From assembly GCA_013416795.1 (NCBI GenBank), contig RQSC01000024.1, positions 19,562-83,561 of the forward strand: a stretch of DNA of 64,000 nucleotides. The letters run 5' to 3'. This document shows, piece after piece, positions 33,115-44,486 of this stretch. The stretch's first letter is position 1. Each line of letters begins with the position of its first letter. Made by a program: the position numbers and the translations under genes. This DNA comes from Prasinococcaceae sp. CCMP 1430 (Eukaryota; Plantae; Prasinodermophyta). Under the pieces are notes generated by a model. The model had not been told where the DNA came from and ran no database searches. It saw only the letters and a program-made list of their open reading frames with translations.

Positions 33115-34377
33115 ATGCGGGGGCGGGGTGGGTGCAGGGGGGTGGGGGTGCGGGGTGGCAGTGGCGACGGGCGGCGCGCCGACGGGCGGCGTCGCTGTCG
33201 CTTGCGGAGGCGATGGCGATGGGGGCGACGGCAGCGGGGGCGATGGACGGCAGCGGCGCTGCTGCCGCTCGCGGCGGCGCGCGCGCCCGGCGCGGAGGCC
33301 GCCACGTGCACATCCGTGGAATGCGACCCCATCACCGTGCTCGTCACGGGATGCAACAGCGGCATCGGCGAGGCGGCCGCACGGCGCTTCGCCTCGGAGG
33401 GGCACACGGTGATCCTCGCCTGCCGTACGCTCGACAAGGCCGCGGCCACCGCCGACGCGATCGCGGCCACGGGCGTGCCCACCGAACGCCTCATCGCGGC
33501 TGAGTGCGATCTTGCGTCGCTTGAGAGCGTGCGCGCGCTCGCTGCTCGCGTGCGCGGCGACGACGCGCTGCGGCCGCTCGGCGCACTCTGCCTCAACGCG
33601 GGCGCGCAGTTCACGGGGGCGCCCGAGCCCCTGCGCACAACCGACGGCTTCGAGCTCACCATCGGCGCCAACCACCTCGGCCACTTCGCGTTGGTGAACC
33701 TTCTCCTGCCCGTCATGGCGCCGCGCGGCAGGATTGTCTTCACCGCGAGCGAGGTGCACGACCCGGAATCGCCGGGGGGCGCCGTCGGCCCCGGGGCGAC
33801 TCTCGGCGACCTCAGCGGCCTCAGGGCGGCAGCAGCGAGCGGCGCCGGCGCCTTTACCATGGTCGACGGCGGCGAATGGGACGCAGACAAGGCCTACAAG
33901 GACAGCAAGCTATGCAACGTCCTCACGTGCCGTGAACTCGCCCGTCGGCTCAAGGAGGCCGGCTCGGACGTGACAGCGACGGCATTCGGGCCGGGGCTCA
34001 TCACGGAGACGTCTTTCTTCAGCAACAACCAGTACCAAAGCGCGGGGGCGATGGGCGCTTTCGACCTATTCGCGGACAAATTGTTTAAGGTCACAGAGAC
34101 GCGCGAGGGAGGAGGCAAGCTCATGGAGTACATGGCGCTGTCGCCGGAGCTCGATGGCGTATCAGGCCAGTACTACAACAACGCGCTGGCCGGATACAAC
34201 GCGCACGCGTTCGAGCAGCAGCCCGGCAGCGTGGAGTCGCGCGACGCCGCGGAGGCCGCCGCGCTGTGGGAGCTCTCCGCCAAGCTCGTCGGCGTGTCGC
34301 CCGAGCTCGTGCTTGACGACGGCGGCGGGCCGGACGCTGCTGCCAAGGAGGCGGCGATGGCGATGGTCGTAATGTGA
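33115..34377 (+). CDS. Protochlorophyllide reductase (POR)-like short-chain dehydrogenase; start uncertain
   Basis: VLVTGCNSGIG, VILACR, CDLASLESVR, DGFELTIGANHLGHF, ATLGDLSGL, MVDGGEWDADKAYKDSKLCN (YxxxK). Confidence 0.8.
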   Translation: MRGRGGCRGVGVRGGSGDGRRADGRRRCRLRRRWRWGRRQRGRWTAAALLPLAAARAPGAEAATCTSVECDPITVLVTGCNSGIGEAAARRFASEGHTVILACRTLDKAAATADAIAATGVPTERLIAAECDLASLESVRALAARVRGDDALRPLGALCLNAGAQFTGAPEPLRTTDGFELTIGANHLGHFALVNLLLPVMAPRGRIVFTASEVHDPESPGGAVGPGATLGDLSGLRAAAASGAGAFTMVDGGEWDADKAYKDSKLCNVLTCRELARRLKEAGSDVTATAFGPGLITETSFFSNNQYQSAGAMGAFDLFADKLFKVTETREGGGKLMEYMALSPELDGVSGQYYNNALAGYNAHAFEQQPGSVESRDAAEAAALWELSAKLVGVSPELVLDDGGGPDAAAKEAAMAMVVM

Positions 34378-34465
34378 CATTACATCCTTCCACGTGCCGC
34401 AATGCTACGAAATTCCGCCCCGAGTGAATTGCGCACAAGTCTGAGACGCGGAGCCGCGCCAGCCA

Positions 34466-35794
34466 TCAGCCTCGCTGCTGCTGCTTGAGGATCCCTCGCA
34501 CCGTGTCCACGACCGAGTTCTGGTTGCGCTTGAGCGCCGCGAGCTCGCTTTGCAACCTAGCCGTATCGCTCCTTGCCGACGATAGCTCGGATTGCAACCT
34601 GGCCACCTGCTTGGCCAGCGAGTCGTGCTCCTTGTTCCGCGCTTGTAGCGCCCGCGCGTGCGCGGCACGCAAGTCCAACAACTGCCCACCAAGCGCCACC
34701 AGCTTCTCGCCGAGGTCTATCCGGCCCGACTCTTGCTGCTTCGAGTGTGCGGCCACCATCTGCAGGTGCACCGGCTGGCGCTCCTCGAGGTGCTTTTCGA
34801 GCGTGCCGAGGGAGACCTCTTCGGTGCACCCGAACGCGGCGAACGGGCACGCGACCGCACGCTTCGGGCACGCTCCCGCCAGGTGCGCCTGCATGTCCCT
34901 GCGGAGCACACTCGCGCCGCAGCCCGCGCTGCACGGGAGCACCTTGAACCCACACGAGGCAGCATGCGTGGCTGCACGGCAGCGGCTCATCACAGCGTTG
35001 CATTTGGCGTTGGTGCAGGTCACAGGTGCCCATTGGCAGGATGCTCGGTGCGCCGCGAGCTCTCCTTCGCTGGCGAACGCCATCGTGCAGTGCGCCGACG
35101 CCGGGCCGTCGTACAGACGAACGAGGTCGCGCGCCAGCGCCGTGCGCTGCGCGCTTGGCCAGCCGTCCTGTGCCTGCTCCAGCCTTGCGGCGAGCGCGGC
35201 AGCGTCCTGCTTGGGATGGCCCACGTACGACGAGATCGCGCTCACGAAGCCCCTGTGTTTCGCGACGAACGCCTCCATCTCAGTCTTGAGGTTTGCGAGC
35301 GTGCGCATCGCAGGCCGCGTCACGGCGCTGCCGTGCTGTGCCGCTGCGCGGTCGGTTGCGGCGAGAGCCGCGCCACGCTCGCGCAGTCTCGCCTCGAGCG
35401 GGCCGCGCAACGCGAGGGCGTCGTCGGTGCTCCCGTTTGAGCCCGCGTTGAACCCGGACCGCGCCGCCACCGCGGCCTCAGCGACGGCCATCGTGAGCGC
35501 AGCGCACACGTTACTGACCGTCTGCACGTCTACGCACCCACATTGGTAGGCGGCGACGCCAGCACTGCCGTTCCCGCTGCCCTGCTGCTGCTGCTGCCGC
35601 CGCTGCTGCTGCTGCTGCGGCTCCTGCCGGCGCAGGTCGTCGCCGCCGGCCGCGGAGCTCTCGCCTCCCGCGTCCCCCTCGGCTTCGCGCACGCCCTCCT
35701 GCTGCGCCGCCGCCGCCGGACCGTCGGCCACGCCCATGAGCGCGTCCATCTCCGCGACGAGCGCGCACCCTGCCGCCCTGGCGTCGCCGCCCAT
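34466..35794 (-). CDS. TRAF-type zinc-finger protein with C-terminal coiled coil
   Basis: Tandem TRAF-like fingers HRASCQWAPVTCTNAKC, HAASCGFKVLPCSAGC, HLAGACPKRAVACPFAAFGC…KHL. TGTAA on the minus strand at 34380-34384. Confidence 0.8.
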   Translation of the reverse strand: MGGDARAAGCALVAEMDALMGVADGPAAAAQQEGVREAEGDAGGESSAAGGDDLRRQEPQQQQQRRQQQQQGSGNGSAGVAAYQCGCVDVQTVSNVCAALTMAVAEAAVAARSGFNAGSNGSTDDALALRGPLEARLRERGAALAATDRAAAQHGSAVTRPAMRTLANLKTEMEAFVAKHRGFVSAISSYVGHPKQDAAALAARLEQAQDGWPSAQRTALARDLVRLYDGPASAHCTMAFASEGELAAHRASCQWAPVTCTNAKCNAVMSRCRAATHAASCGFKVLPCSAGCGASVLRRDMQAHLAGACPKRAVACPFAAFGCTEEVSLGTLEKHLEERQPVHLQMVAAHSKQQESGRIDLGEKLVALGGQLLDLRAAHARALQARNKEHDSLAKQVARLQSELSSARSDTARLQSELAALKRNQNSVVDTVRGILKQQQRG

Positions 35795-36000
35795 GGCCGC
35801 CGCGGCGGGCGCGCCCCCGGGCGCGCCGCAGTGGCGCCCCCCCCTCACAGGCCCGCTGCACGAACGGTGCACGGGGGGGTGTTCGTTCGAACACGCTCTC
35901 TTTTTTCCCCCCTCTGTGTATATCCGCAGATCACGCGCCATGCGTTTCGATGGTGGGCGGGTACGTACGAGGAAAACTGTCGACCAGAACACAACACACG

Positions 36001-36150
36001 CAACAAAAAAGAAAAGAAAAAAAGAGAAAAAGAAAAAGAAAAAAGAAAAAAGAAAAAAGAAAAAAGAAGAGCTCGGTGCATCGCGCGCGACTGATGAACA
36101 GCATCCGGGTGTTGCAAAAGCAAAATTAAAAAAAAAAACAGCAAAAAAAG
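36001..36150. repeat. A-rich (GAAAAAA)n-like low-complexity tract between divergent loci
   Basis: Directly visible purine/A-rich tract in an otherwise very GC-rich region. Confidence 0.8.
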
Positions 36151-36385
36151 AACGAGCTCGTTTTTTGCGTGGCGGGGCCGCACGCGTTCTGATGGTGCCG
36201 GGCTGGGGCCGCGTAGGTGCGCGTCCTCGTACGTCCGCGGCGCGAGGGGCGAGGCCACACGGCGCGCGCTCGGCGGGGGCGGCGGGGGTGGATGATGTGA
36301 CCTGGCGGGCGGCGCGGGGGTGAGCGCGCGGTGGCGCTCACGGGGCGAGTGGGTGCGTGTTGTGGGCGGGGGGCGCTGGCACGCG

Positions 36386-36634
36386 ATGGTGCCGCCGCCG
36401 CCGGGCAAGGGTGAGGACCTCCCACGCGCAGATGACGCTGCGGGGCCGTCGGGCTCAGGCTCGGGCTCAGGCGACGGCGGGGGCGGCGGCAGCGGCGGTG
36501 AGCGCGGGCGCGGAGCCGGCGGGGATGCGCAAGCCATGGATGTCTTCGGCGGCGACCTGCAGAGCGTAGGGGCGCTCATGGTGCTGCTCATCCTCGGGCT
36601 GATGAAGGCCGCGGCCTCACGATGTACTTGCTAG
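36386..36634 (+). CDS. Possible small membrane protein
   Basis: ATG-initiated ORF with a Gly-rich linker and one hydrophobic segment (VGALMVLLILGLM). No family recognised. Confidence 0.3.
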   Translation: MVPPPPGKGEDLPRADDAAGPSGSGSGSGDGGGGGSGGERGRGAGGDAQAMDVFGGDLQSVGALMVLLILGLMKAAASRCTC

Positions 36635-37124
36635 TGGGCGGCGCTTTCGTCGACGTGAGCTCGCATTCTAAATGCAAGCGCCGAACGCGAATTCCGGGGC
36701 ATGTCAAGTCGGCCCCTCCGCCCCATCACAAGCCGCTGAGACCGGCGGCACTCGGTGAGACCGGCGGGCAGCATCGCCTTGCCGCGAGACGGCCGTGCGA
36801 AGCGTCGACGCGCGCGCACGGCGCCCTGCGGGGAAGTCAGGCACTATACGCCGCGTCCTCGTGACGGGCGCGCGTGCACATGTACATACAGTAAACAAAA
36901 GTTTTGGATCACCCATGCCCCGCAATCGCGACGCCCTCGGACCCCATCCCCCCACCCACAAGTGCGCGCGCGCTGCACACCAGCTGCAACGCACTCGAAG
37001 CGCGCGGCGCTGTCAACGGCCGCCCGCATCGCTGAGGGATGGTGAAAGAAAGCGCGTGTCACGCTCAGCGCACGGGAACGTCTTCCCGTATTACGAGTGG
37101 GCGGGCAGCACAGCATCCTGGCCA

Positions 37125-38095
37125 TCACCGCAGCGGTTTGTCGTCTTCCTCGAGCTCGTCTTGCACCTCAACCACGGTGGCCTTGATGAAGCCTTTGCGT
37201 GCGCCAATGTCCAGTGCGTCACCGAACTTGTCCGCCAAGTGCCGCTTCACGAGCTTCATGGTGAGCTGCGTCAGGTCGGCGCCCTCCATGAAGGACGCAA
37301 TGGCCTTGCGCAACTCCTTGTTGCTCGGTCCCTCAACGACGTCCTCCTCCTCCTCCTCATCGTCGTCCTCATCGTTGTCAGCGGCAGCTGCCTGTTTCTT
37401 GGGCGCAGCCTACGGGCGTGCAGCGCAATCGCGCGGACGTCAGCACCCGAGCGCACGATGGCGCGGAGAGCGCGCAAATGCATGCTGTGCATGAGGGAGG
37501 GGTGGACGGGGCAATGGGTCGTGGGGTATGGGGACAGAGAGCGCGCGCGGTGTACCTTTGCAGCCTTGGCCTTCTTCTTCTCCTTTGCCTTGGCCGTCCG
37601 CTCCGCCTTGCGCTTCTTCTTGGCCACCTCCTTGCTCTTCTTCTCCCTGAGCGACGAGGCGCCCTCGCGCTGGCGAGGCGCCTCCAGGAAGTCGAGGATG
37701 GCCTTTATCTTGGCGTCCTTGGTGCCCGAGCGCGGCGCGTGCAGGTCAAGCAGCTCGCCGAGGTCGCCGAGCGCGTCGTTGAACCAGTCCTTGAGCTTGG
37801 CCTCGTCCTTGGCGCGCTCGGCACCCTTTTTGTCCGCCGCGTACGTGAAGCCTGAAAACTTGCGAATGTCGGCCTTGAGAGTGAGCTCCTTGGGCGCCGT
37901 GCGGAAGAGCAGCCGATGCAGCGACTTCAGCATCTTGTCCTTGCGGGTGCGCGCCTCAAGACGGAAGGCGATGTTGTCGATGTCGCCAAGCGCGCTGCCG
38001 GCGCCCTGCTCGATGACGAACTTCTTCTTCTCGGGACTTGCGATGGTCAGGCGCTCGACCTGCTTGCGCTCGCGTTTCGGGCGGCTCTGCTCGCC
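37125..38095 (-). CDS. DEK: DEK chromatin protein (SAP-like region + DEK-C); intron 37410-37555; first exon unresolved
   Basis: SRPKRERKQVERL, GAGSALGDIDNIAF, LHRLLF, IRKFSGF, ILDFLEAP, and DEK-C PSNKELRKAIASFMEGADLTQLTMKLVKRHL. Confidence 0.88.
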
Positions 38096-38623
38096 ATACG
38101 CAGAGGGTGGGTGGGCGTGGGTGGGTGTGGGGCGCGGAGCGGTCAGCGGGCAGTCGCCAGCACGCACTATCAGCACGAGTGCCGCAACGGAACGCGGCAT
38201 CGCAGCACGCGCTCCAGGATGAGAGTGGATGTGTGGAAGGGAATGGTGGAGGGGCGCGGCAGGGGATGAAGGGAGTGCGGGCGAGCCGTGCACCCCGCTC
38301 CTCCACCGCCGCCGCGCGCCCGCCCGCTCGCGCCCGCGCGCCGGCGCACCTCGGGAGCCAGGCGCGTGACTTCTCGCACCTCCTCTAGCTCCGCGCCGCG
38401 AGCGGCGTGTGCCGGCCCGCCGTTCGAAAACGCGCGCGCGACGGCGCAGCGCAGGTCAGCTCGCATTGGGGCAGGTCAAATCGCATCCGGATGTTCCTGC
38501 GGGAGGATCCGATTTTGCTGGACCGCTTCCGTTTTTTTTTTTCAGCGTCCCGACGAACTGATGCGAGTTGATGACACATTTTTGTTACAAAATGCGGAGC
38601 GCGACACTCGCCGCATGCGCCGC

Positions 38624-39850
38624 TCAATACGGGACGTTCCGCAAGAGGTTCTTGTTCCCGTTCATCTTGCCCTTGGCCGCCATGGGCTTGACCATGTACT
38701 CGTTGTGCTTGTTGCGGTGCTCGCGCACGCGCTTCTCCTGCTTGGCCTGCAGCGCGGGCACGATCGAGGCGCCCAGGTTGGTGGCCAGCAGCGCCCGGTA
38801 GCGGCTGTGCCACTCGTTGATGCGCACCACGTCGCGCGTGTCCTCGGGCCTGTGTCGCTGGCGGTAGAGGTGCGCCATGCTGCGCGAGCCCAGCACCTTG
38901 CCACTGCGTCCCAGCACGAGCTCGCCGGTCACTTCGTGAAGGCTCACGGCGGGCCTCGCGCCCGCCGTGGTGGCGAGCGAGCGCTCGGCGACGTCCTCGC
39001 CTCCGTCGGCACCCTCCTCCATTTCCGCGCGCGAGTAGTCGTAGTACTCCTCGTACTCCTCCTCGTTGTCGTCGAAGAGCATGCCACACTTGCACGAGTC
39101 CACCATGTGCTGCTGCGTGGCATGCTTGGTGCGGAAAGTCTTCACGTCGCCCTCCTCCATCCCGCTCTTGTACAGCGGCAGGTGCGCCACCGCCACCTTC
39201 CAGCCAAGGTACTTCATCAGCCCCTCGGGATCTACCAGGTAGTCTGCATCGGGGATGTAGAAGCCGAAGTGCTTGAGCATGTACTCGAGGTTGGCCTCGA
39301 GAGACTCGGACAGGTGATTGTCGAAGAGCGACATGCGCACGTCCCACTCCTCGTCCATGGCGTCCTCGTCCTCGTCCGAGGCGGTCTCCCAGCCGCTGCC
39401 GTCGTCGTCATCCTCCTCCTCGTCTGCATCTGCCATGGGTACGTCGCTTGCACCGCCACCCACGCCGCTCGCCCCCGCCGCCGCATCCTCCTTCGGACGC
39501 TTCGCAATGAGCGTCGGCGCGGGGGCCGCCGTCGCGCCCGACTTCTTGAGCAGCTGGGCGAACTTCTTGGTGCGCTTGTGCTCCTCCCACTTGGCCTCGG
39601 AGGCGAACTTCTTGCGCGTGAGCGGGCACTGCCAGATAGTGCCGTGCTCGTGGCCATCCGCCGCGCCCTTGCCTCCGCCACCCGCCGCAGCCGCGCGCGC
39701 GCGCCGCACGTCGAACCACTCGCGCGTGACCGCGGGCAGGCCGGCGACCTTGCGCTTGAGGTTGTAGCGGTGGAAGTCGGACTTGTAGTGCGCGCGCAGC
39801 TCGGCCTCCGTCTCGAACGACACGTTCGACGTCGAGCAGTGGAACGACAT
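38624..39850 (-). CDS. REI1: Cytoplasmic pre-60S factor REI1/ZNF622
   Basis: HYKSDFHRYNLKRKVAGLPAV, NLEYMLKHFGFYIPDADYLVDPEGLMKYL, LGSRSMAHLYRQ. TGTAA on the minus strand at 38585-38589. Confidence 0.9.
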   Translation of the reverse strand: MSFHCSTSNVSFETEAELRAHYKSDFHRYNLKRKVAGLPAVTREWFDVRRARAAAAGGGGKGAADGHEHGTIWQCPLTRKKFASEAKWEEHKRTKKFAQLLKKSGATAAPAPTLIAKRPKEDAAAGASGVGGGASDVPMADADEEEDDDDGSGWETASDEDEDAMDEEWDVRMSLFDNHLSESLEANLEYMLKHFGFYIPDADYLVDPEGLMKYLGWKVAVAHLPLYKSGMEEGDVKTFRTKHATQQHMVDSCKCGMLFDDNEEEYEEYYDYSRAEMEEGADGGEDVAERSLATTAGARPAVSLHEVTGELVLGRSGKVLGSRSMAHLYRQRHRPEDTRDVVRINEWHSRYRALLATNLGASIVPALQAKQEKRVREHRNKHNEYMVKPMAAKGKMNGNKNLLRNVPY

Positions 39851-40429
39851 GGCGCCCCTCACCCGCTGCCAGCTCGCCGCCCACGCCCGCCGCGCACGCA
39901 GGCGAAAAGAAGCGCACGCGCCGCGCGCGCGCCAGCCGCCGCGAACGCCGGCCGGCGCCGCGAACGCCGCGCTACTGTGACCGCCCGGCCACCCCCCACG
40001 CCTGCCTCAAACCCACCCGCTCCTCCGAGGAGAAGCCGCTGGCCTTCCCTTCCGCCAACCCGACCCACACCCAGCCAACGTGCGCCGGGCAGAGGGGAGC
40101 CGCCGCGCGCGCTGTGGCGGCTGTGGCGGCAGCCGCCGCCGCACCGCGCAAACCGCCCCCCACGCCAAAAAAAAAAATGTGTGTTTTAGAATGCGCCCGA
40201 GTCGCGTTCCCCGTGATGAGACTTTCGGCGCGGCGCCGGCGCCGCCCGCCCATGCCGTTTTCACTAGCGGCGCGGAGTTTGGGCGCGAATTTTAACGGTG
40301 CCTGCTGTTGCGCCGTTGCGGTGGGGCGACGGGGGCCCCGACGCGGCGGCGCCAGCGGCGCCACAGCGCCGGCGGCGCAACCCCTTCCGCGCGGCTGGGC
40401 CTGATCGGGCGGTGACCTCATCCCGCGAG

Positions 40430-41613
40430 ATGTTCCGGCTGGCCGAAGCGGCCGCGCGCCGCTGCGCGCGCGCCGTCGCGACGGCGGCAGCGCCGGCGCA
40501 GGTGCCGGCGGTGGTAGGATTCGTGGGGCTGGGTGCGATGGGGTCGCACATGGCGCGCAACCTCGCTGAGCGTGGTGTGCCGCTCGTTGTGTGCGATGTC
40601 GATCCGGCGGCCGCAGATAGGCTCGTGGCCGCCGCGCCAAAGGGTGCGCGTGTCGACGAGGCAGACACGCCCAAGGACGTCGCCGATGCCGTCGGGCGGG
40701 ATGGTACGCGCGCGCTCAAGTGCGTGCGAACGCTCGCGTCCGCACGCCCTCCTGCTTACACTCGCCTACTATGCACGTGCTCTCCCTCCCCTCCTCTTCT
40801 CTCGCCCTCCCGACGTGAACTCTCGCATCCACAACCCACGCCCGTCCGCTCGTGCACGAGTGCGCAGGCGCTCTCATGACGATGGTCCCAAACATCTCCG
40901 ACGTCTCCGAGGTGTACACGGGCGCTGCTGGCGTGCTGGCATCAGCTTCGGTGCCCCGCATGCTCGTCGATTCGTCGACGATCGGGCCGGCTGCCGCCGC
41001 TGCCGTGGGCGAAGCCGTCGCGACGCGTGCGGCCGAGCTGGGCGCACCAGACACAGCCTTCGTGGATGCGCCTGTGTCGGGTGCCGTCCCGGGCGCCACC
41101 AACGCCACGCTCACCTTCATGGTGGGCGGTGACCGAGATGATGTCGCACGCGCCGGGCCGCTGCTCGAGCTGATGGGCACGAAGATCGTCCACTGCGGTG
41201 GGCTGGGCGCCGGGCAGGCGGCAAAGTTGGCCAACAACGTGGCCCTGGCCATGCAGATGGCCTCAATCGCCGAGGCTCTCACGCTGGGTGTCAGGCTAGG
41301 CGTCGATCCGGCGACGCTCACGGAAATTTTTGACAACTCCACCAGTGGCTGTTGGTCGAGTCGCGTGAACAACCCATGGCCGGGCGTCGTGGAAGGCTCG
41401 GCCGCCAGCCGTGGCTACCAGGGAGGATTCGCGGCGCGTCTCTGTGCCAAGGATCTTGGACTCGCGGTTGTGGCTGGCAAGGGCGTGGGAGCGACGCTTC
41501 CGATGACGGCCCGCATCGAGGAGCTCTACAATGGCATTGCCAAGGACGAAGAGCTCGCCGGTAAGGATTTCGCGGTGTATCTCAAGGCCATCCAGGCGAT
41601 GGCGAACAACTGA
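40430..41613 (+). CDS. HIBADH: 3-hydroxyisobutyrate dehydrogenase, probably mitochondrial; intron 40704-40867
   Basis: GFVGLGAMGSHMARNL, VDSSTI, FVDAPVSG, LTFMVGG, GAGQAAKLANN, STSGCWSS, GFAARLCAKDLGLA. Ala/Arg-rich presequence; TGTAA at 41710. Confidence 0.92.
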
Positions 41614-42039
41614 GGCGTCAAGCGCTCGTATGCGCTCGCGCGTCCGAGCTCATGCGAGGGGCACCTGCGTACAGTAGGAACAACGCAAACGGCGTGTGTA
41701 CTGCGTATCTGTAAGCGGTGATGGCGGCGGCGGTGGAAGCGGCGCACTGCGCAGCAACGCGAGGAAGTGCGCGGCAGCAGCGCACGCTCGCGTGCCCGCT
41801 CGCCGCGAGGCGGGCGGCGGCGCGCACGCTGCATCGTCGCCGGATGCGGGCATGGCATTGACGGCGGCGCGGGCGCGAGCGCGACGGCGGAGCTCCATCG
41901 CGAGCTTGGAGGGAGAAAGAGGTGGGCAGGGAGGGCGGGTCGGCAGTGAGCCTCCAGCTCGACTCGCATGCGCGTGCGCGCCGGCGCCGGCGTGCGCTGT
42001 CTGGCGAGCACCGCCGGCGAGCCAAAAAAAGGAACTGCG

Positions 42040-42659
42040 TTACTGCGTGCCCTCCTCACGCTCGCCGCCGCCGTCCGCGGCAGCCCGCGCGCTCGGCGTG
42101 ACGTTGTCCACGAGCCAGCTGATGTACTTATCGCTCCCGCCCACGAAGGGTATGGCCACCACTTCCGGCACGTCGTAGGGGTGCTGCTCGCGCGGGCAAG
42201 GTGAGCGTGAGGGGCAGCAGCGCCGAGCGCCGAGCGGCGCAGCGCGAGGGAGTGAGCGTGGGAGAGAGAGTGGAGGGAGCGTTGACGTTGACCACGGACA
42301 GGGGACCACGCCGGAGCCAGCGCCGGCGGCTTCGAGGCTAGCATCGGTATTGCCGCCGCTGTGCCAACCAAGCCGGCGCCGTGCCGCGCGCACCGCACCT
42401 CGGCGTTGACCTTTTCCGTGAGCGCTGCCAGCCTGCTGCGCGTGGTCTTGGCGATGAGCAGCAGCTCCTCGTCGACCTCCACCTTGCCTTCCCAGTGGTA
42501 GACGCTCTCGACACCCGGGACGATGTTCACGCACGCTGCTAGGCGCGCCTCGACGAGCGAGGCCGCGAGCGACTTGGCAGCAGCGCGGTTGGGCGCCGTC
42601 ACGTACACGCAGCAACACTCTGCAGCGGGGGGCGGCGCGCCGGCGTCATCGCCCGACAT
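42040..42659 (-). CDS. CUTA: CutA divalent-cation tolerance protein; intron 42184-42398
   Basis: VYVTAPN, LVEARLAACVNIVPGVESVYHWEGKVEVDEELLLIAKT; splicing gives VNAE|HPYDVPEVVA. Confidence 0.93.
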
Positions 42660-43077
42660 CGCGCTGCAGGCGAAGGCCCGCGCGTGGCGTGCTCATGCAC
42701 ACGTCGCGCGCGGCGGTGTGTGGAATTCGGAAAAGCGCCGCTGCCGAGGGACAGGGCGACGGTGAGCGGCAGCAAGGCGAGCGCGGGGCGAAACGAGCGT
42801 GCGAGCGGCAGAGCGCGCCGCGCCGCGAGCATGCGCTGCCCGCCGCCGCCTGATGCGCTCGCTGTGGCGCACGAAATCGGTTATCGTTACGTGGCTCCGC
42901 CGTTGGCGCAGGTGTCACACTGCGCGCCTGGCGCGGTGCATGCCTGTGCACGCACGCACGCGCGCACGTGCGCGCGCGCGCGCGCGTGCGCGAGCGCGTG
43001 CGTGCGTGTGCGTGTAAGGGGGGCGGGAGCTCCGCGGCGCGGCGCGGCGCTGCTGACGCGTGACACAGCTCGCTGTC

Positions 43078-44286
43078 ATGAAGCGCGTGCTGCGCTTTCT
43101 GTGCGGCGTCGGCGCAGGCGGCACCTCAGCGACTAGCGGTGACGCGCGTGGCGATGACGAGGGCAGCGGCGGCAGTGAGGTTGGCGACCGCGCTCCCGTG
43201 CAGTCGCCCGAGCACACGCCGTCGGCGCTGCTCGCCCTGCCGGACCTGCCGCTGGCGCGTGTGCTGCACGCGCTCGCAGAGGGAGGCGCACACGGCGGCG
43301 ACGCGGCTCTCGGCGCCCGTTCGCTGTGCGCGGCGGCCGCCACCTGCCGCAGGCTGTGCACGCTCGCCGCCGGCGCGGGCGGAACGCAGTTGTCGCCGTA
43401 CGAGACCGCGGCGATGGGATTTCTGCTCTCCACAGGCCGTAATGGCAAGGGCAGCGCCTTCGATGGTGGTGACGATGCCGGCCACACCGCGAGCGACAGC
43501 GAGAGCGAGAGCGAGAGCGATGGGGAAGGCGGTAGTGCGGAGGCTTCGCAACGCGTGCACGCCTTGCTGTGTGCATGCCCGCGCAGCGTGCAGCAAGCGA
43601 GAAGATCGCGGCGCGCGATGGCCGCGGCGCTGGCGGTGCTCGACGCGGACGGCTTCCGGTCGACGCCGTGGACTGGAGTGCTCCGGGAGCTCGCCAGCTT
43701 CGCCACGCCGCGCGCGCAGGCGCCGGGGATGATGATGTGGGACTTTCGGGGGGGCAACGTCGAGCCGGGCCGCTCGCGGCGATGCGCCGCAATGCAGCAC
43801 AAACCGGCGCTCAATGAAGGCGCCTCCTCTCATGTGTACTCCACGGCTGCGAGGTACCGCGCGATGATGCTCGTCATGCCGGGCGTCTCGCACATGGCGC
43901 TCGTGTGCAAGATCTCGGGGGGCTTCCCCTCCGCGGGGCTCATTCTCTCGCTGCGGCATCTGAGCAGCTTTGCGCAAGGTCCCCCTGGCGATGGCCGCTC
44001 GCACGTCACCATCAGCGTGTCGGGGGGTGTGAGCAGCGCTGTCGTGTACGGCCCGGCGCGCGCGCCTGCGTCTCACAACTGGCTTGAGGAGAGCGTGCAC
44101 ATCAGTGCCGACACCCTTGAGGCCGCAGGCTTCGTCCGGGGCGAGCGGGGCCCGCGTAAGCTGCGCGTGACCATCTCGCTCGCGCCCGAGGCCTCCACAC
44201 ACTACTGGATTCAAGGCGCGTGTCTGCACCACCCCGGCTACACGTTTGCAGGCGTGGAGGCGTGCCTCGAAGGGCGCGACGTCTAG
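43078..44286 (+). CDS. Unknown protein, possibly F-box-like
   Basis: Long ORF with ALPDLPLARVLHAL and LCAAAATCRRL (weak F-box pattern) and a beta-rich C-terminal part. Family call is weak. Confidence 0.55.
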   Translation: MKRVLRFLCGVGAGGTSATSGDARGDDEGSGGSEVGDRAPVQSPEHTPSALLALPDLPLARVLHALAEGGAHGGDAALGARSLCAAAATCRRLCTLAAGAGGTQLSPYETAAMGFLLSTGRNGKGSAFDGGDDAGHTASDSESESESDGEGGSAEASQRVHALLCACPRSVQQARRSRRAMAAALAVLDADGFRSTPWTGVLRELASFATPRAQAPGMMMWDFRGGNVEPGRSRRCAAMQHKPALNEGASSHVYSTAARYRAMMLVMPGVSHMALVCKISGGFPSAGLILSLRHLSSFAQGPPGDGRSHVTISVSGGVSSAVVYGPARAPASHNWLEESVHISADTLEAAGFVRGERGPRKLRVTISLAPEASTHYWIQGACLHHPGYTFAGVEACLEGRDV

Positions 44287-44486
44287 CGAGCATTGGGCCG
44301 CTCGGCGCGTGCTCACGAGCGCGCAAGCCTTCGTTGCTTAGCAGCGAGCTCGCTCATCAAAGCATCTTGTTACCATCTTTTGTACAAAGGCGCGCCAGAC
44401 GCATGCGGGCGCGTCATATATGGTGTGGTATGGGTGGCCACGCCGTCGATCGCATGCGCTGTCCACCAGGGCCTGCCTGCCGCCTC

